Assembly (NCBI GenBank): GCA_024763535.1
Contig: JANTFH010000005.1
Coordinates: 4,612 to 68,611, forward strand
Length of the DNA stretch: 64,000 nucleotides
Direction of reading: 5' to 3'
DNA from: Thermodesulfobacteriota bacterium
Lineage (GTDB): Bacteria > Desulfobacterota > Anaeroferrophillalia > Anaeroferrophillales > Tharpellaceae
Shown here: piece by piece, positions 29,188-39,488 of the stretch
How positions within the stretch are numbered: position 1 is the first letter of the stretch
Layout of the letters: each line of letters begins with the position of its first letter
Translations under genes and position numbers: made by a program
Notes under the pieces: generated by a model
The model's database searches: none
Told to the model about the DNA's origin: nothing
What the model saw: only the letters and a program-made list of their open reading frames with translations

Positions 29188-30810
29188 ATGACAAAATTCA
29201 AGGTTCTGGTAACCGATAATATCGCTTCAGAAGGGATCGATATTCTTACAGCAGACAGCTCAGTTACAGTTGAAATAAAGGTTGGAATAGATGTGCTTGA
29301 GCTGAAGCAGATCATCGGTAATTACGATGCCATCATTACCCGCAGCGGCACCACAGTGACCGCTGATTTGATTGAAAATCCCGGTAGATTAAAAATAATC
29401 GGCCGGGCCGGGGTCGGTCTTGATAATGTAGATATTGAAGCTGCCAGTATCAAGGGGATTATTGTTATGAATGCCCCGACCGGAAACACGATTGCGGCGA
29501 CCGAGTTAACTATCGGCATGATGCTTTCGGCCTGCCGCAAGATTCCGGCGGCCAATATCTCGCTGAAAAACCGGGAGTGGAATCGTAAGAAATATATGGG
29601 TATCCAGCTTTACGGTAAGACCCTGGGGATAGTGGGTCTGGGTCGGATCGGTGGTAATGTGGCGATCCGGGCCAAAGGTTTCGGTATGCAGGTCGTCGCT
29701 TATGATCCTTACGTTAAAAAGGCCAAAGCTGAGGCTCATGGTGTAACCCTGTGTCAAACTTTGGATGAATTGCTGACAGCCAGTGATATTATTACGTTCC
29801 ACACGCCTTTAACCGATGAAACCAAGAATATGGTAGAGGCGTCCGAGATTGCCAAAATGAAAGACGGCGTGGTGCTTGTTAATTGCGCCCGGGGCGGGAT
29901 TATCAATGAAAATGATCTTTATGAGGCGGTGAAAAGCGGTAAGGTTTTTGCCGCCGGCGTCGATGTTTTTAGTCGCGAGCCCCTGGGTGAACATCCTCTT
30001 TTAGAACTTGATAATGTTTTTGTGACCCCGCATTTAGGGGCGAATACGGCCGAAGGTCAGAAAGGGGTGGCCGTGATTATCGCCGAACAGGTGGTTAACG
30101 CCTTAAATGACCGCTCTTATGAAAACGCGGTTAATATTCCCTATATGCGGGCTCAACTGCCGGGTGATATGCGGCACTACTTTGATCTGGCCGAGGCGAT
30201 GGGCCGGTTGGCTGCACAGGTGGTTAACGGCCGGGCCGAGCAGATCGAGATGATTATGGTGGGGAGTAAATTTATTGAAGATTTCGGTGAACGGGTTTTC
30301 GATTCGCCTTTCAATTTTCAGCCTTTCAGCAGTGCGGCCCTGAAAGGGTTCATGGAGCGCAGTGTTCCTGAGACGGTTTCGTTTATCAATGCTCCCTATC
30401 TTGCCCGGGAGCGAAATCTGGCAGTTTATGAGTCAAAAAAGAGCAGCTTTGCCAATATGAACGACCTTTTTGTCGTCAAAGTTAAAACTGATATTGAAGA
30501 GATGATGGTTGCCGGTACCGTATTCGGTGATGATCAGGGGCGAATCCTGATGCTTGACCAGTTTCGTCTGGAGATGGTTTCCGCCGGAACCTATCTCTAC
30601 TTCAAAAATGTCGACAAGCCGGGAATTGTCGGCGGGGTCGGGACGGTACTCGGTAACTATGGGGTAAATATCGCCGGTTTCAATCTCTCCCGGATTAAAG
30701 GCGGCAAAGCCGTTTCATTTGTTTCAGTTGATAACCAGATCACTCAGGAAGTTCTTAATGCCCTGCTTGAAATTGATGGACTGCTCGAAGCCAAGGTAGT
30801 GAGTTTGTAA
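29188..30810 (+). CDS. serA: D-3-phosphoglycerate dehydrogenase
   Basis: 540 aa. D-2-hydroxyacid dehydrogenase core (GIVGLGRIGGNVA), substrate-binding domain and a C-terminal ACT domain. Confidence 0.9.
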   Translation: MTKFKVLVTDNIASEGIDILTADSSVTVEIKVGIDVLELKQIIGNYDAIITRSGTTVTADLIENPGRLKIIGRAGVGLDNVDIEAASIKGIIVMNAPTGNTIAATELTIGMMLSACRKIPAANISLKNREWNRKKYMGIQLYGKTLGIVGLGRIGGNVAIRAKGFGMQVVAYDPYVKKAKAEAHGVTLCQTLDELLTASDIITFHTPLTDETKNMVEASEIAKMKDGVVLVNCARGGIINENDLYEAVKSGKVFAAGVDVFSREPLGEHPLLELDNVFVTPHLGANTAEGQKGVAVIIAEQVVNALNDRSYENAVNIPYMRAQLPGDMRHYFDLAEAMGRLAAQVVNGRAEQIEMIMVGSKFIEDFGERVFDSPFNFQPFSSAALKGFMERSVPETVSFINAPYLARERNLAVYESKKSSFANMNDLFVVKVKTDIEEMMVAGTVFGDDQGRILMLDQFRLEMVSAGTYLYFKNVDKPGIVGGVGTVLGNYGVNIAGFNLSRIKGGKAVSFVSVDNQITQEVLNALLEIDGLLEAKVVSL

Positions 30811-30950
30811 CTGCCCGGTTCAAGGGTTTGTGACGGGGAAATAACTTGACAATTTGAAAGGGCATTTGCTAGAAGTCCGACGACGGTTTCTTCTGACTGC
30901 AGGCGACTTTTAGAATCCTGTTTTTTCAAAGGAGCTCGCAGTAATTCGGG

Positions 30951-31715
30951 ATGGAGGTTTTATTCAAGGTGCGCAAAATTGCCTGTCAGAATTTTAAGGG
31001 CGGTACCGGTAAGACAACAACCGTTATCTCTCTGGCCCATTGCCTGGCGGTTGCCGGCAGGAAGGTGCTGGTCGTCGATCTTGATGCTCAGGGGAATATT
31101 GCCGAGAGTTTCGGCCTGGAGAACGATAATTCCCTTTACGACCTTCTGGTCGACGGTAAGCCTCTGGCTGATTGCCTGGTTGAGGTGCGTGAGAATCTTT
31201 ACTGTCTGCCTTCGGATCGGACGGTTGCGGCCTGTGAGACCGTTCTCGTAACCCGGCCGCGTCGGGAAGAGGCCTTAAAAAGAGCTCTGGCTGACATTGA
31301 TCAGGTGATTCCCGACATCAGTGTGGTTCTGCTCGACTGCTCCCCCTCACTTTCGATCCTGAGCCAGAATGCCCTGGTGTTTGTCGATGAACTGCTTTTG
31401 CCGGTGAGTATGGACTATCTGGCCATGGTCGGGGCCGGTCAGGTTTTTGAAAATTTGCAGATGATTGAAGAGTATTTTGAGAAAGAGGTTAAGGTCTGCG
31501 GTATTCTGCCTACCTTTTTTGATAAGCGGGTTAATGTCAGCAAAGATGTTTTGGCGGCCCTTAATGAGCGTTATGGTGATCTGGTGCTGCCGCCGGTACG
31601 AATTGATACCAAGATCCAGCAGGCATCCAGCCGCCAACAGACTATAGTTGAGTTCGGAGGTAAATCCCGGGCTCGTGAAGATTATCAGAATGTTTATAAG
31701 GAGTTGTTTGGATGA
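30951..31715 (+). CDS. ParA/MinD-family P-loop ATPase. The start could instead be GTG at 30969.
   Basis: Deviant Walker A motif KGGTGKTT, then VVDLDAQGN. The stop overlaps the next gene (ATGA). Confidence 0.8.
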   Translation: MEVLFKVRKIACQNFKGGTGKTTTVISLAHCLAVAGRKVLVVDLDAQGNIAESFGLENDNSLYDLLVDGKPLADCLVEVRENLYCLPSDRTVAACETVLVTRPRREEALKRALADIDQVIPDISVVLLDCSPSLSILSQNALVFVDELLLPVSMDYLAMVGAGQVFENLQMIEEYFEKEVKVCGILPTFFDKRVNVSKDVLAALNERYGDLVLPPVRIDTKIQQASSRQQTIVEFGGKSRAREDYQNVYKELFG

Positions 31716-32707
31716 CAACTAAAAAAGAGAAAAAGGGTGTAAAAAAGGCCAAATCAGCAAAAAGTGGCAGCCGGCCGACCAAAACGGTAAAACCGTCAGG
31801 TACCGGGGCTGTACGCGAGAAGATGGTTGCCAAAACTGCAAAAGTGAGTGAAGTCGATAAGGAGAAAATGGCCGCTTTTTTCAGTGCCGCAGGGTTGAAG
31901 GATGTGAACCCTGAAGTGAAACCGGATGCGGGAACTCCAGCCCGGACAGCCGCTCCGCTGCCGGACGCCAAAGTTGTGGCGGAAACGAAACCGGAAACCC
32001 CGGTTCAGGAAACCGAAAAGCCGGTTGTCAAGACCCCGGAGCCCGAGGTCGCAGTAGCAAAACCGCAGCCGGAGAAAGATATCTTGGAACCCGAAACCGA
32101 AAACCTGAAGGCAGAAAAAGGCGAAATTGAAATGACCCCCAATAAAACCGTAAGCAGCAATACAAAAGAGTCTAAATCAGGCAGTTTCAGCACGTTGCCT
32201 ATGTTTGTTATCCTCCTCTGCCTGGCGGCCTTCTGGTTCTATTATATCTCGGCTGCTCCACAGCCGGAAACGGCTGCCGTCCAGGTTAAAAAGAGCCAGA
32301 CAAAAATTCAGTCGCTGGAGGCTCAAGTCAAAGTTTTACAGGCAAAAGTGGCGGCCCTGCAGGCGAGTCTGGCGGCTCTGCAGAAACCGGCAGCTGAGGT
32401 TAAAGTTAAAGAATCCGCCGCTAAGCCTGCGGTGAAGGATTCATCCTTTGATAAAGCTCCGATTCCCTTCTGGCGGACGATGCATCGCAACCACACTGAA
32501 CAGTTGCAGAAAGCGTCGCCGAAACCGGTGCTTAAAGCGGCCCCGGTGAAATCCGAGAAGGTCGATTCCTTCAGTAAAGCTCCGGTTCCGTTCTGGCGTA
32601 AAGCCCCGGCTGATAAAAATGGAGTTAAAGTTGAGAAGGACTTGGCCGCAGACAAGAACCATGACTCCTCATTTGACAAGGCTCCGATTCCATTTTGGGA
32701 AAAATAG
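31712..32707 (+). CDS. ParA-coupled membrane protein. It has a Lys-rich N-terminal tail, a Pro/Glu-rich linker, one transmembrane helix, a coiled-coil and three C-terminal [SD]SF[DS]KAP[IV]PFW repeats.
   Basis: Translationally coupled to parA. Repeats: SSFDKAPIPFWR, DSFSKAPVPFWR, SSFDKAPIPFWEK. Transmembrane segment FSTLPMFVILLCLAAFWFYYI. Coiled-coil IQSLEAQVKVLQAKVAALQASLAALQ. Confidence 0.6.
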   Translation: MTTKKEKKGVKKAKSAKSGSRPTKTVKPSGTGAVREKMVAKTAKVSEVDKEKMAAFFSAAGLKDVNPEVKPDAGTPARTAAPLPDAKVVAETKPETPVQETEKPVVKTPEPEVAVAKPQPEKDILEPETENLKAEKGEIEMTPNKTVSSNTKESKSGSFSTLPMFVILLCLAAFWFYYISAAPQPETAAVQVKKSQTKIQSLEAQVKVLQAKVAALQASLAALQKPAAEVKVKESAAKPAVKDSSFDKAPIPFWRTMHRNHTEQLQKASPKPVLKAAPVKSEKVDSFSKAPVPFWRKAPADKNGVKVEKDLAADKNHDSSFDKAPIPFWEK

Positions 32708-32740
32708 AAAAGAGAACTGTTGCAGGGTAAAAACAAAAAA

Positions 32741-32772
32741 GCAACGGCTGCAATCGGCCGTTGCTTTTTTTA
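32741..32772 (+). terminator. Intrinsic terminator after the parA-partner operon
   Basis: Stem gcaacggc/gccgttgc with an 8-nt loop and an 8-nt T-run. An A-run precedes it. Confidence 0.7.
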
Positions 32773-33040
32773 TGGGTAATTTATAAGTGCTACCAGGTTA
32801 TAGCATTGCCTGCCCTAAAACTAGAGATTAAGGGTTGTTTTCTGTAACGTCTCGCGTAATTTCGTTGTTTTTCCCAGCGAATGGAGCGGCGGAAATTGCG
32901 ATTGTTTGAGTGAGGCACGAACGAGTTTAGCGATTTCAGCGTAATAAGCGCTGGAAAAACAGAAATGGAGCGTAAGAAGTGAAAGGAAATAACTCTTAAG
33001 CTCGGGTCGCAGGCTCTCTAAACCGGACGCCATTGATAAT

Positions 33041-33880
33041 TTATTGAAAAAAAGTGAGCAGTTTATGGCGCAGGGGTAAGCTTTTTTCGAGGTTGAAGTT
33101 TATCTGATTAATCCCGGCGAGGGGTGCCAGGCGCATCAGCGAACTGGTGAGAAAGGCTCCGTCGCACAGTTTCAGGTCGTTTACGAAAAGCGGGGTCTCC
33201 TGACACGTGATTCCAGCCTGTTGGGCCCTTTGGAGAATCAGGGCCCGGGTGGTTCCGGGCAGAATGCCGGCGTCAAGAGGCGGGGTCTGCAGATCATTGC
33301 CGCGGATGAGAAAGATATTGGAAAAGGTTCCTTCGCAGAGTTCTTCATTCTGATTAAGAAAAATTCCTTCATCAAAACCCGCGCTTCTGGCATCATTGAG
33401 CCCGTAGCGATTTTCCAGATAATTTAGACTTTTTATTTTGAGCAGGGGGTTTGCGCGGTTTCGTCGCCAGGGTAAAATCAGGGCCTGCATTCCCCGCTGC
33501 CGTTTTTCGATCTCATCAAGCTTGAGCGCAGTGGTTCTGATGATCAGAGACGTCGATGTCATGGCTGAAATCGCTCGGCCGGGGTCGGTCGGACTGCAGA
33601 TCAATTTTATGACGGCACTTTTGTCTAAAAGCTGATTGTTGTGTAAAAGATCCGCTATGATCGTTGTGATTCGGTCGAACTCGTCAGGGATTTTCAGATT
33701 AAGTTGTCTGAGGCCGGAGCGCATCCGTTCAAGGTGCTCCGGCAGCCCGAAGGGTGAGCCGTTATCCGCCCGGATGGTTTCAAACAGGCCTTCGCCGAAG
33801 AGAAACCCAGAATTAAAGGGCGAGATTACGGCCTCGTTTTCGGGGATGAGCGCTCCGTTTATGTAGATCACTGATCTCAT
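33041..33880 (-). CDS. Class IV aminotransferase (PabC-like aminodeoxychorismate lyase / branched-chain amino acid aminotransferase family)
   Basis: N-terminus VIYINGALIPENEAVISPFNSGFLFGEGLFETIRA is characteristic of fold-type IV PLP enzymes. The ATG at 33880 has a GGAGG ribosome-binding site and overlaps the recQ stop. Confidence 0.75.
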   Translation of the reverse strand: MRSVIYINGALIPENEAVISPFNSGFLFGEGLFETIRADNGSPFGLPEHLERMRSGLRQLNLKIPDEFDRITTIIADLLHNNQLLDKSAVIKLICSPTDPGRAISAMTSTSLIIRTTALKLDEIEKRQRGMQALILPWRRNRANPLLKIKSLNYLENRYGLNDARSAGFDEGIFLNQNEELCEGTFSNIFLIRGNDLQTPPLDAGILPGTTRALILQRAQQAGITCQETPLFVNDLKLCDGAFLTSSLMRLAPLAGINQINFNLEKSLPLRHKLLTFFQ

Positions 33881-35781
33881 CTTTGGCCTGCCTCCTTCCG
33901 GCGGCTGTTGGTATTTACGGCTGCGGTTGTTGCGGAGATCGCACAATTTTCATTAAGCTGATGTTCCTTACAGAACTGTTTGATCCGGCGGGTAAAGATC
34001 TCGCCGAAATCCTTAAGTTTCATCTCCCCGACTCCTTTGACCAGGCTGAAGGTTTCGGGGTCTGTCGGTCTCCGGCGGGCCATATCATTAAGTGCCGCAT
34101 CACTGAAGATCAGATAGGGCGGGACTTTGCGGGCGCCGGCCAGTTCATAGCGCAATTTTCGCAGATCTGAAAACAGGGCCGACTCCGCTTCGTTTAAGTT
34201 GTCTTCTCCCTGAGCCGGGGTCTTGATTTGTAAATCAGACTTGATGCGGGTCAGGGTCGGGGTCATTTTACCCTGTAAAAGTCTGCGCCCGTCCGGAGTG
34301 AGTTGCAGAATCTGGTATTCTGCGGTCCGGGTCAGAAAATCCTGACTGATAAGCTGCTCGAGCCAGGTTTTGATCTGGGTAAGACTATCTTTTTTCAGGA
34401 TTCCCCAGGTTGAGAGGCGGTCGTGCTGGTTGGCAAGTATCCGTTGATCTTTTGAACCTTTAAGCACCTGGGCGCTGTAGTTGAGCCCGAAATTTTCACC
34501 CTGCCGCAGAATGCTGGAGAGAATCTTCTGTCCGCAGATTAAGGGATCCTCCACGGCAACCATCTCATTCAGGCAGATATCGCAGTGGTTACAGGGGCCG
34601 TCATCCAGTCTCTGCCCGAAGTAGCTGACCAGGGTCTTATGGCGGCAATTTATGCCGTGGGCATAGCTGGTCATGGCTTTCAGGGAACGGGCCGCCCCGG
34701 TAAAACCTTCCGGGTGAGTTCCGTTCTGGTTCTCATTCAGGGTCTGGTACCAGCGTTTGAGATCGGCATTGTTGTGATAGAGCAGGCATTCGGCAGGTAG
34801 CCCGTCACGTCCGGCCCGACCGCTCTCCTGCTGGTAGTTTTCCAGAGCCTTGGGCATACCGCTATGGATAACGAAACGGATATTCGATTTATCGACGCCC
34901 ATGCCGAAAGCGACGGTGGCAACCATGATTCCGGATTCATGATTGATGAAGGCCTCCTGACTCTTTTTGCGTTCAGCATCGGCCATGCCGGCATGATAGG
35001 GCCAGACAGCCAGCCCCTTTTCCCGCAGACGGTCCGTGATCCTCTCCACCTCGCGGCGGCTTTGACAGTAGATGATGCCCGATTCCTGCTGGTGGTGTTC
35101 TAAAGCCTCCGTAATCTGATCAAAATGACGGGCGCTCTTGCGCTTGACCTTATAAATTAAATTGGGGCGGTCGAAAGAGCCGACCAGAAAGGCCGGATCT
35201 TTAAGCCCCAGCTGGATGGCAATATCCTGCTGGACTTCAGGGGTTGCCGTAGCTGTGTAGGCGTGAATTGAGACCTTGGGAAAGTGGCGGTGCAGATCTT
35301 TCAACTGGCGGTAATCCGGGCGGAAATCGTGCCCCCATTGACTGATGCAGTGAGCCTCATCAATGGCTATAAAACTTATATCCAGGGATTTCAGGAATCT
35401 TAAACTGCTCTCCTGAGCCAGTTTCTCCGGGGAGAGATAGAGCAGGTTCAGGCGCTTTTCTCTGAGTTGTTTTGTAACCTGGAGTTTTTCCTCGGTCGTC
35501 ATGGAGCTGTTGATAGTGGCCGCAGTCACCCCGTTTAAGTTGAGACTGTCGACCTGATCTTTCATCAGCGCGATCAGAGGTGAGACCACCAGGGCCAGGC
35601 GCTTGTGGACCAGGGCGGGGATTTGAAAGCAGGCCGATTTGCCGCCGCCGGTGGGCAGTACCAGCAGTGAATCCCGGCCCTCAAGAACCAGACCAATTGC
35701 CTCTTTCTGCAAAGGGAGGAAATTACTGTGCCCCCAGTACTGTTTCAGGACCGTTGCCGGGGTTGGGTGCGGGTTTGTCAT
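33877..35781 (-). CDS. recQ: ATP-dependent DNA helicase RecQ
   Basis: Q-motif and helicase motifs (LVLPTGGGKSACFQIPAL, DEAHCISQWGHDFRP), a zinc-binding RQC region and a C-terminal HRDC-like region. Confidence 0.9.
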   Translation of the reverse strand: MTNPHPTPATVLKQYWGHSNFLPLQKEAIGLVLEGRDSLLVLPTGGGKSACFQIPALVHKRLALVVSPLIALMKDQVDSLNLNGVTAATINSSMTTEEKLQVTKQLREKRLNLLYLSPEKLAQESSLRFLKSLDISFIAIDEAHCISQWGHDFRPDYRQLKDLHRHFPKVSIHAYTATATPEVQQDIAIQLGLKDPAFLVGSFDRPNLIYKVKRKSARHFDQITEALEHHQQESGIIYCQSRREVERITDRLREKGLAVWPYHAGMADAERKKSQEAFINHESGIMVATVAFGMGVDKSNIRFVIHSGMPKALENYQQESGRAGRDGLPAECLLYHNNADLKRWYQTLNENQNGTHPEGFTGAARSLKAMTSYAHGINCRHKTLVSYFGQRLDDGPCNHCDICLNEMVAVEDPLICGQKILSSILRQGENFGLNYSAQVLKGSKDQRILANQHDRLSTWGILKKDSLTQIKTWLEQLISQDFLTRTAEYQILQLTPDGRRLLQGKMTPTLTRIKSDLQIKTPAQGEDNLNEAESALFSDLRKLRYELAGARKVPPYLIFSDAALNDMARRRPTDPETFSLVKGVGEMKLKDFGEIFTRRIKQFCKEHQLNENCAISATTAAVNTNSRRKEAGQR

Positions 35782-35795
35782 GGTTTGAGGCCGGG

Positions 35796-38093
35796 CTAAG
35801 TCATGGGCAGAAAAATTGAGAAGGTCGAGCCCTGATTGATAACGCTTTGGACTTCGATGCTGCCGTTGTTGGCATCTATCAGCGTATGCACGATCGAAAG
35901 CCCTAAACCGCTGCCTTTATTCGGACCCCGGGTGGTAAAGAAGGGGTCGAAAATGGTTGGTAGATGTTCCGGACTTATGCCGCAGCCGCTATCTTTTATA
36001 TCAATTTTTATCCGCTTCTGTTCCGTTATGGAGGTGGCATTGATCGTGATTATGCCGCCTTCCGGCATGGCCATCTGAGCGTTGATCAGGAGGTTGACGA
36101 ATATCTGATCAAGTTGTTGCGGGTCTACCAAAAGGTTTGGGAGATTCTCCGGAATGTTGAGGTTGAAAGTGATGTTGGCAAAACCCTGACGGTGGTTGAC
36201 GGCCTCAACCGATTGTTCCACCACACTTTGCAGAGTGACCGATTTTGTCTGGGCTTTCTGCGGCCGGCCGTAAGCCAGCAGGTCTCTGGTGATACGGGAA
36301 ATTTTGTCGACTTTGCCGAGCATGCTGTTGTAACGTTTCAGATTGGTCTCGTCGGTCTTACCGTTCCTTTCCGCTTTGGCTCTTAAAATCTGCAGTTGAC
36401 CGGAGATTACAGTCAGGGGATTGTTGATCTCATGGGCGGCTCCGGCGGCCAGACGGCCGACCGTTGCCAGGCGATGGGAGAGCAGCAGGTCGTGATACAT
36501 CGCTTCACTCTGCCGGTTCAGCTCGGTGATCGATTCAGCCTGGCCCGAGAGCTGTTCGCTCATCTGGTAGCGTTCGATCAGTTCACTTATGCCGTCGGCA
36601 AAACGGGCCAGAGCTTCCAGCAGGATAGTTCTGCCGACACCGCAGCGCTCCAGCTGCTGGCAATCGATAAAAAGCTGTCCGTGAATTACCGGGTTGATGG
36701 TCAGCTGTTTACCGCCGATGGGAACGATAAGAATGGAAGGATACTCCTTTAAGGGAGTAATCCGGCTGTTACGCAGCAAAGCCTCAGGTTTTTTCAGGAG
36801 CAGGCGTTTCAGTACAGTTAAGACTCCGGCCCGGCTGGGAATGGTGTCGGCTTTTCCCAGGAGCGGTAGATCCTGCAGTAGATCCTGGTCGGAAAAGGTT
36901 TTCCCTACGAAACGTCCCAGCCAGCAGGCTGAACCGGTTTCGGTCGGCCCCAGGCCGCAGCAGGCAAAACCCATCCGGCTCCGGCTCAGTTCCAGAGTCT
37001 GGGTGATGATCTCATTGATCAGATTACTTCTTTTGGGTCGGGTTGCGATTCTCTGATTTAAGGCGGCCAGACCCTCCAGCAGACGGTTTTTCAGTTCCAG
37101 TTCGGCCAGCGTCTTCTCCCGCTCGAGATTGAGCCGCCCCAGTTCCCGATTGGCTTTGTGAATCGCCGCAAAATAGAGCTCATTGTCGACCGTGTGCAGG
37201 CAGTTGCCGAATTCATGGAGACGATTGTCAACGGTGTGGTAGATGTCGACCAGATCGTCAGGATCAATGCGGAAAAAAATTCTTAATGATTCAACCGTAC
37301 GGGCATACGGGGTTGAAGTTGAGTAGTCAAGTTCATGGTTGACAAAATAGCTCGAACCCAGATTGTAAAGGTTGCAGATGGCATCGGCCAGGCGAATCAG
37401 GAGCGGCAGGGAGGGAACTTCCTGCCGGGGTTCCACCGGGGGTTGATGGTGGAGCCAGACCGCCTCGATTATCGGTTCGGGGAAATTCCAGGCTTCGGTT
37501 ACCCATTTACCGATCAGATGGTGCGGCGCTCCGAGAATCTCTTTCTCCAGTTCCAGCTGCGGCCACTGGGGCTGATCGTCGGGATTGAAACCTTTAAGCC
37601 GGGAGATAAATTGCTTGTATTCCTTTTCCAGGCGGTGATAAGCTATGAGTTTACCGACATCATGCAACAGACCGGCGACGAAGGCCTCTTCCGGCTTCGG
37701 ATAGTTCAGCTTGCGGGCCAGGGCTTCGCTGGTGTAGGCACAGGCGACGCAGTGCTGCCAGAAAGCGGCCATCTCCTGTTCCCGTTTTTTTCCGGCATGG
37801 GTGAAGGTGTCAAAGATGGTTACACTTAGAGCCAGGTTGCGAACCTGATTTTTCCCCAGCAGGGAGATGGCGTGGCTGAGATCCTTGACTTCGGTGCTCA
37901 GGGCAAAGGTCGGGGAGTTGATCAGGGTCAGTATACGGGCCGAGAGCACCGGATCCTGCCTGATGAGATCGGCCATTTGGTGGAAGTCGGCGAGATCGTC
38001 AAAACAGGTATTGATAACTTGACTGGCAAGTGATGGTAACGGAGGAATGTCTTCAAGGTTGCCGAGTCGTTCGATAATATCGTCGTTCTGCAA
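35796..38093 (-). CDS. Sensor histidine kinase with an N-terminal HDOD domain
   Basis: HDOD-like N-terminus (IPPLPSLASQVINTCFDD...ISLLGKNQVRNLALS), HisKA H-box AHEINNPLTVISGQLQIL, and a C-terminal HATPase G-box GSGLGLS. Confidence 0.85.
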   Translation of the reverse strand: MQNDDIIERLGNLEDIPPLPSLASQVINTCFDDLADFHQMADLIRQDPVLSARILTLINSPTFALSTEVKDLSHAISLLGKNQVRNLALSVTIFDTFTHAGKKREQEMAAFWQHCVACAYTSEALARKLNYPKPEEAFVAGLLHDVGKLIAYHRLEKEYKQFISRLKGFNPDDQPQWPQLELEKEILGAPHHLIGKWVTEAWNFPEPIIEAVWLHHQPPVEPRQEVPSLPLLIRLADAICNLYNLGSSYFVNHELDYSTSTPYARTVESLRIFFRIDPDDLVDIYHTVDNRLHEFGNCLHTVDNELYFAAIHKANRELGRLNLEREKTLAELELKNRLLEGLAALNQRIATRPKRSNLINEIITQTLELSRSRMGFACCGLGPTETGSACWLGRFVGKTFSDQDLLQDLPLLGKADTIPSRAGVLTVLKRLLLKKPEALLRNSRITPLKEYPSILIVPIGGKQLTINPVIHGQLFIDCQQLERCGVGRTILLEALARFADGISELIERYQMSEQLSGQAESITELNRQSEAMYHDLLLSHRLATVGRLAAGAAHEINNPLTVISGQLQILRAKAERNGKTDETNLKRYNSMLGKVDKISRITRDLLAYGRPQKAQTKSVTLQSVVEQSVEAVNHRQGFANITFNLNIPENLPNLLVDPQQLDQIFVNLLINAQMAMPEGGIITINATSITEQKRIKIDIKDSGCGISPEHLPTIFDPFFTTRGPNKGSGLGLSIVHTLIDANNGSIEVQSVINQGSTFSIFLPMT

Positions 38094-38369
38094 GGTCTGA
38101 AAAATCTCTCAAAATAGTGGTTTGCGGCGCTGTCGGAATTCTTAAAACTGCCTCATTAAACGCTGTTATAGCAATTTAATTGAATAATATCAAGCTTATT
38201 GTAGTATGCTACTTCCGGTTGAGTCGCGGCCAGCCTGCGAGCTAGGCCAAAACTCATTTCTGCAAGGCAACGGAAGCCACTCGGTTTGCCCCTTGATAGA
38301 TTGTGCCAGAGTGTGTTAATAGAGCTGAATGTATTGGCAGTACTCAGTTTAACTGAGCTGGATTAGGTT

Positions 38370-39488
38370 TTGAGAAAGAGCTTGCAGATAATGAAAGATT
38401 GTAACGATGAAATGATTGCCGATCTCGGACAGCGTCTGCTGACGGCATTAAACGGTAGCTCCCGTTTGGTGATCCTGACCCATAACAATCCGGATCCGGA
38501 CGCTTTTGCTTCCGCCTGCGGCCTGGCGGCGGTGATCGGTTTGCTTGATCCTGAGTGTCGGGTTCAGATTGCCTACGGTGGGATTGTCGGCCGTTCCGAG
38601 AATCGGACGATGATGCGTTTTCTGCCCTATAAGGCAGTGCCGTTTGGCCGAATTCGCGGCCGGGACGGGGTTGTCTATGCTCTGGTAGATACGCAGCCTA
38701 ATGCCGGCAATAATGTGTTGCCCAAGGATAAAATCCCGGCAATTGTTATCGATCATCATCCCCGCAAGCGTACTACCCGTACTCTTCTGCACGAGACTCC
38801 TTTTGTCGATATTCGCACCGGCTATGGTTCCTGTACCACCATCGTAACTGAGTACATGCAGTGTCTCAAGGTGCCGATTTCATCGTCTCTGGCGACCGCT
38901 CTGGTTTATGGTATCATCTCAGAAACCCAGCATCTGGGCCGGGATGCAAGCCTTCAGGATCGTAAGGTTTATAATGAGCTGGTGCCTCTGGTTAATATGC
39001 GGCGGCTCTCTCAGATTGAATTCAGCCGCCGGCCCCGGGAGCATTTCATTCATACCCGGGCAGCTGTGGATAATGCTTTTTACTATCGCCAGATAATCGG
39101 GTCACGTCTTGGACCGATTAAGAACCCCGATGTTGTGGCCGAGGTTGCAGATTTCCTGTTGCTGCACGAACGTATGAGCTGGTCGATAGTTACGGCTTTT
39201 TACAAGGGGAAACTGATTATCTCACTCAGGGCAGCCGGTCATCGGGCCCGGGCTGGAAATGTGGTGCGGGAGTTGTTGGAGAGAAATGGCGGCACGGCCG
39301 GCGGCCACAACCAGGTGGCCGGCGGTCAGCTTGACTGCCAGGGTATGAGTGTTAAGGAGATCGCCAAGCTTGATTTAAGTCTGATTATCGATTTCATTCG
39401 TCAGGTGACCGGAGTTGAGAACGTGAAAATGATTAAACCACTGGTTTCAGACAAGCTTAAGGATCCCTGGGTTGACAATGGCGAGTGA
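38370..39488 (+). CDS. nrnA: DHH/DHHA1 phosphoesterase (NrnA-like oligoribonuclease/pAp phosphatase)
   Basis: DHH motif IVIDHHP, DHHA1 motif GGHNQVAGG, and N-terminal NNPDPDAFASA. Confidence 0.8.
   Translation: MRKSLQIMKDCNDEMIADLGQRLLTALNGSSRLVILTHNNPDPDAFASACGLAAVIGLLDPECRVQIAYGGIVGRSENRTMMRFLPYKAVPFGRIRGRDGVVYALVDTQPNAGNNVLPKDKIPAIVIDHHPRKRTTRTLLHETPFVDIRTGYGSCTTIVTEYMQCLKVPISSSLATALVYGIISETQHLGRDASLQDRKVYNELVPLVNMRRLSQIEFSRRPREHFIHTRAAVDNAFYYRQIIGSRLGPIKNPDVVAEVADFLLLHERMSWSIVTAFYKGKLIISLRAAGHRARAGNVVRELLERNGGTAGGHNQVAGGQLDCQGMSVKEIAKLDLSLIIDFIRQVTGVENVKMIKPLVSDKLKDPWVDNGE

Noticed and set aside
32821-33033. 70-aa minus-strand ORF downstream of the PabC-like gene
   Set aside because: No ribosome-binding site, no recognisable motifs, and it lies in the terminator-proximal intergenic region.
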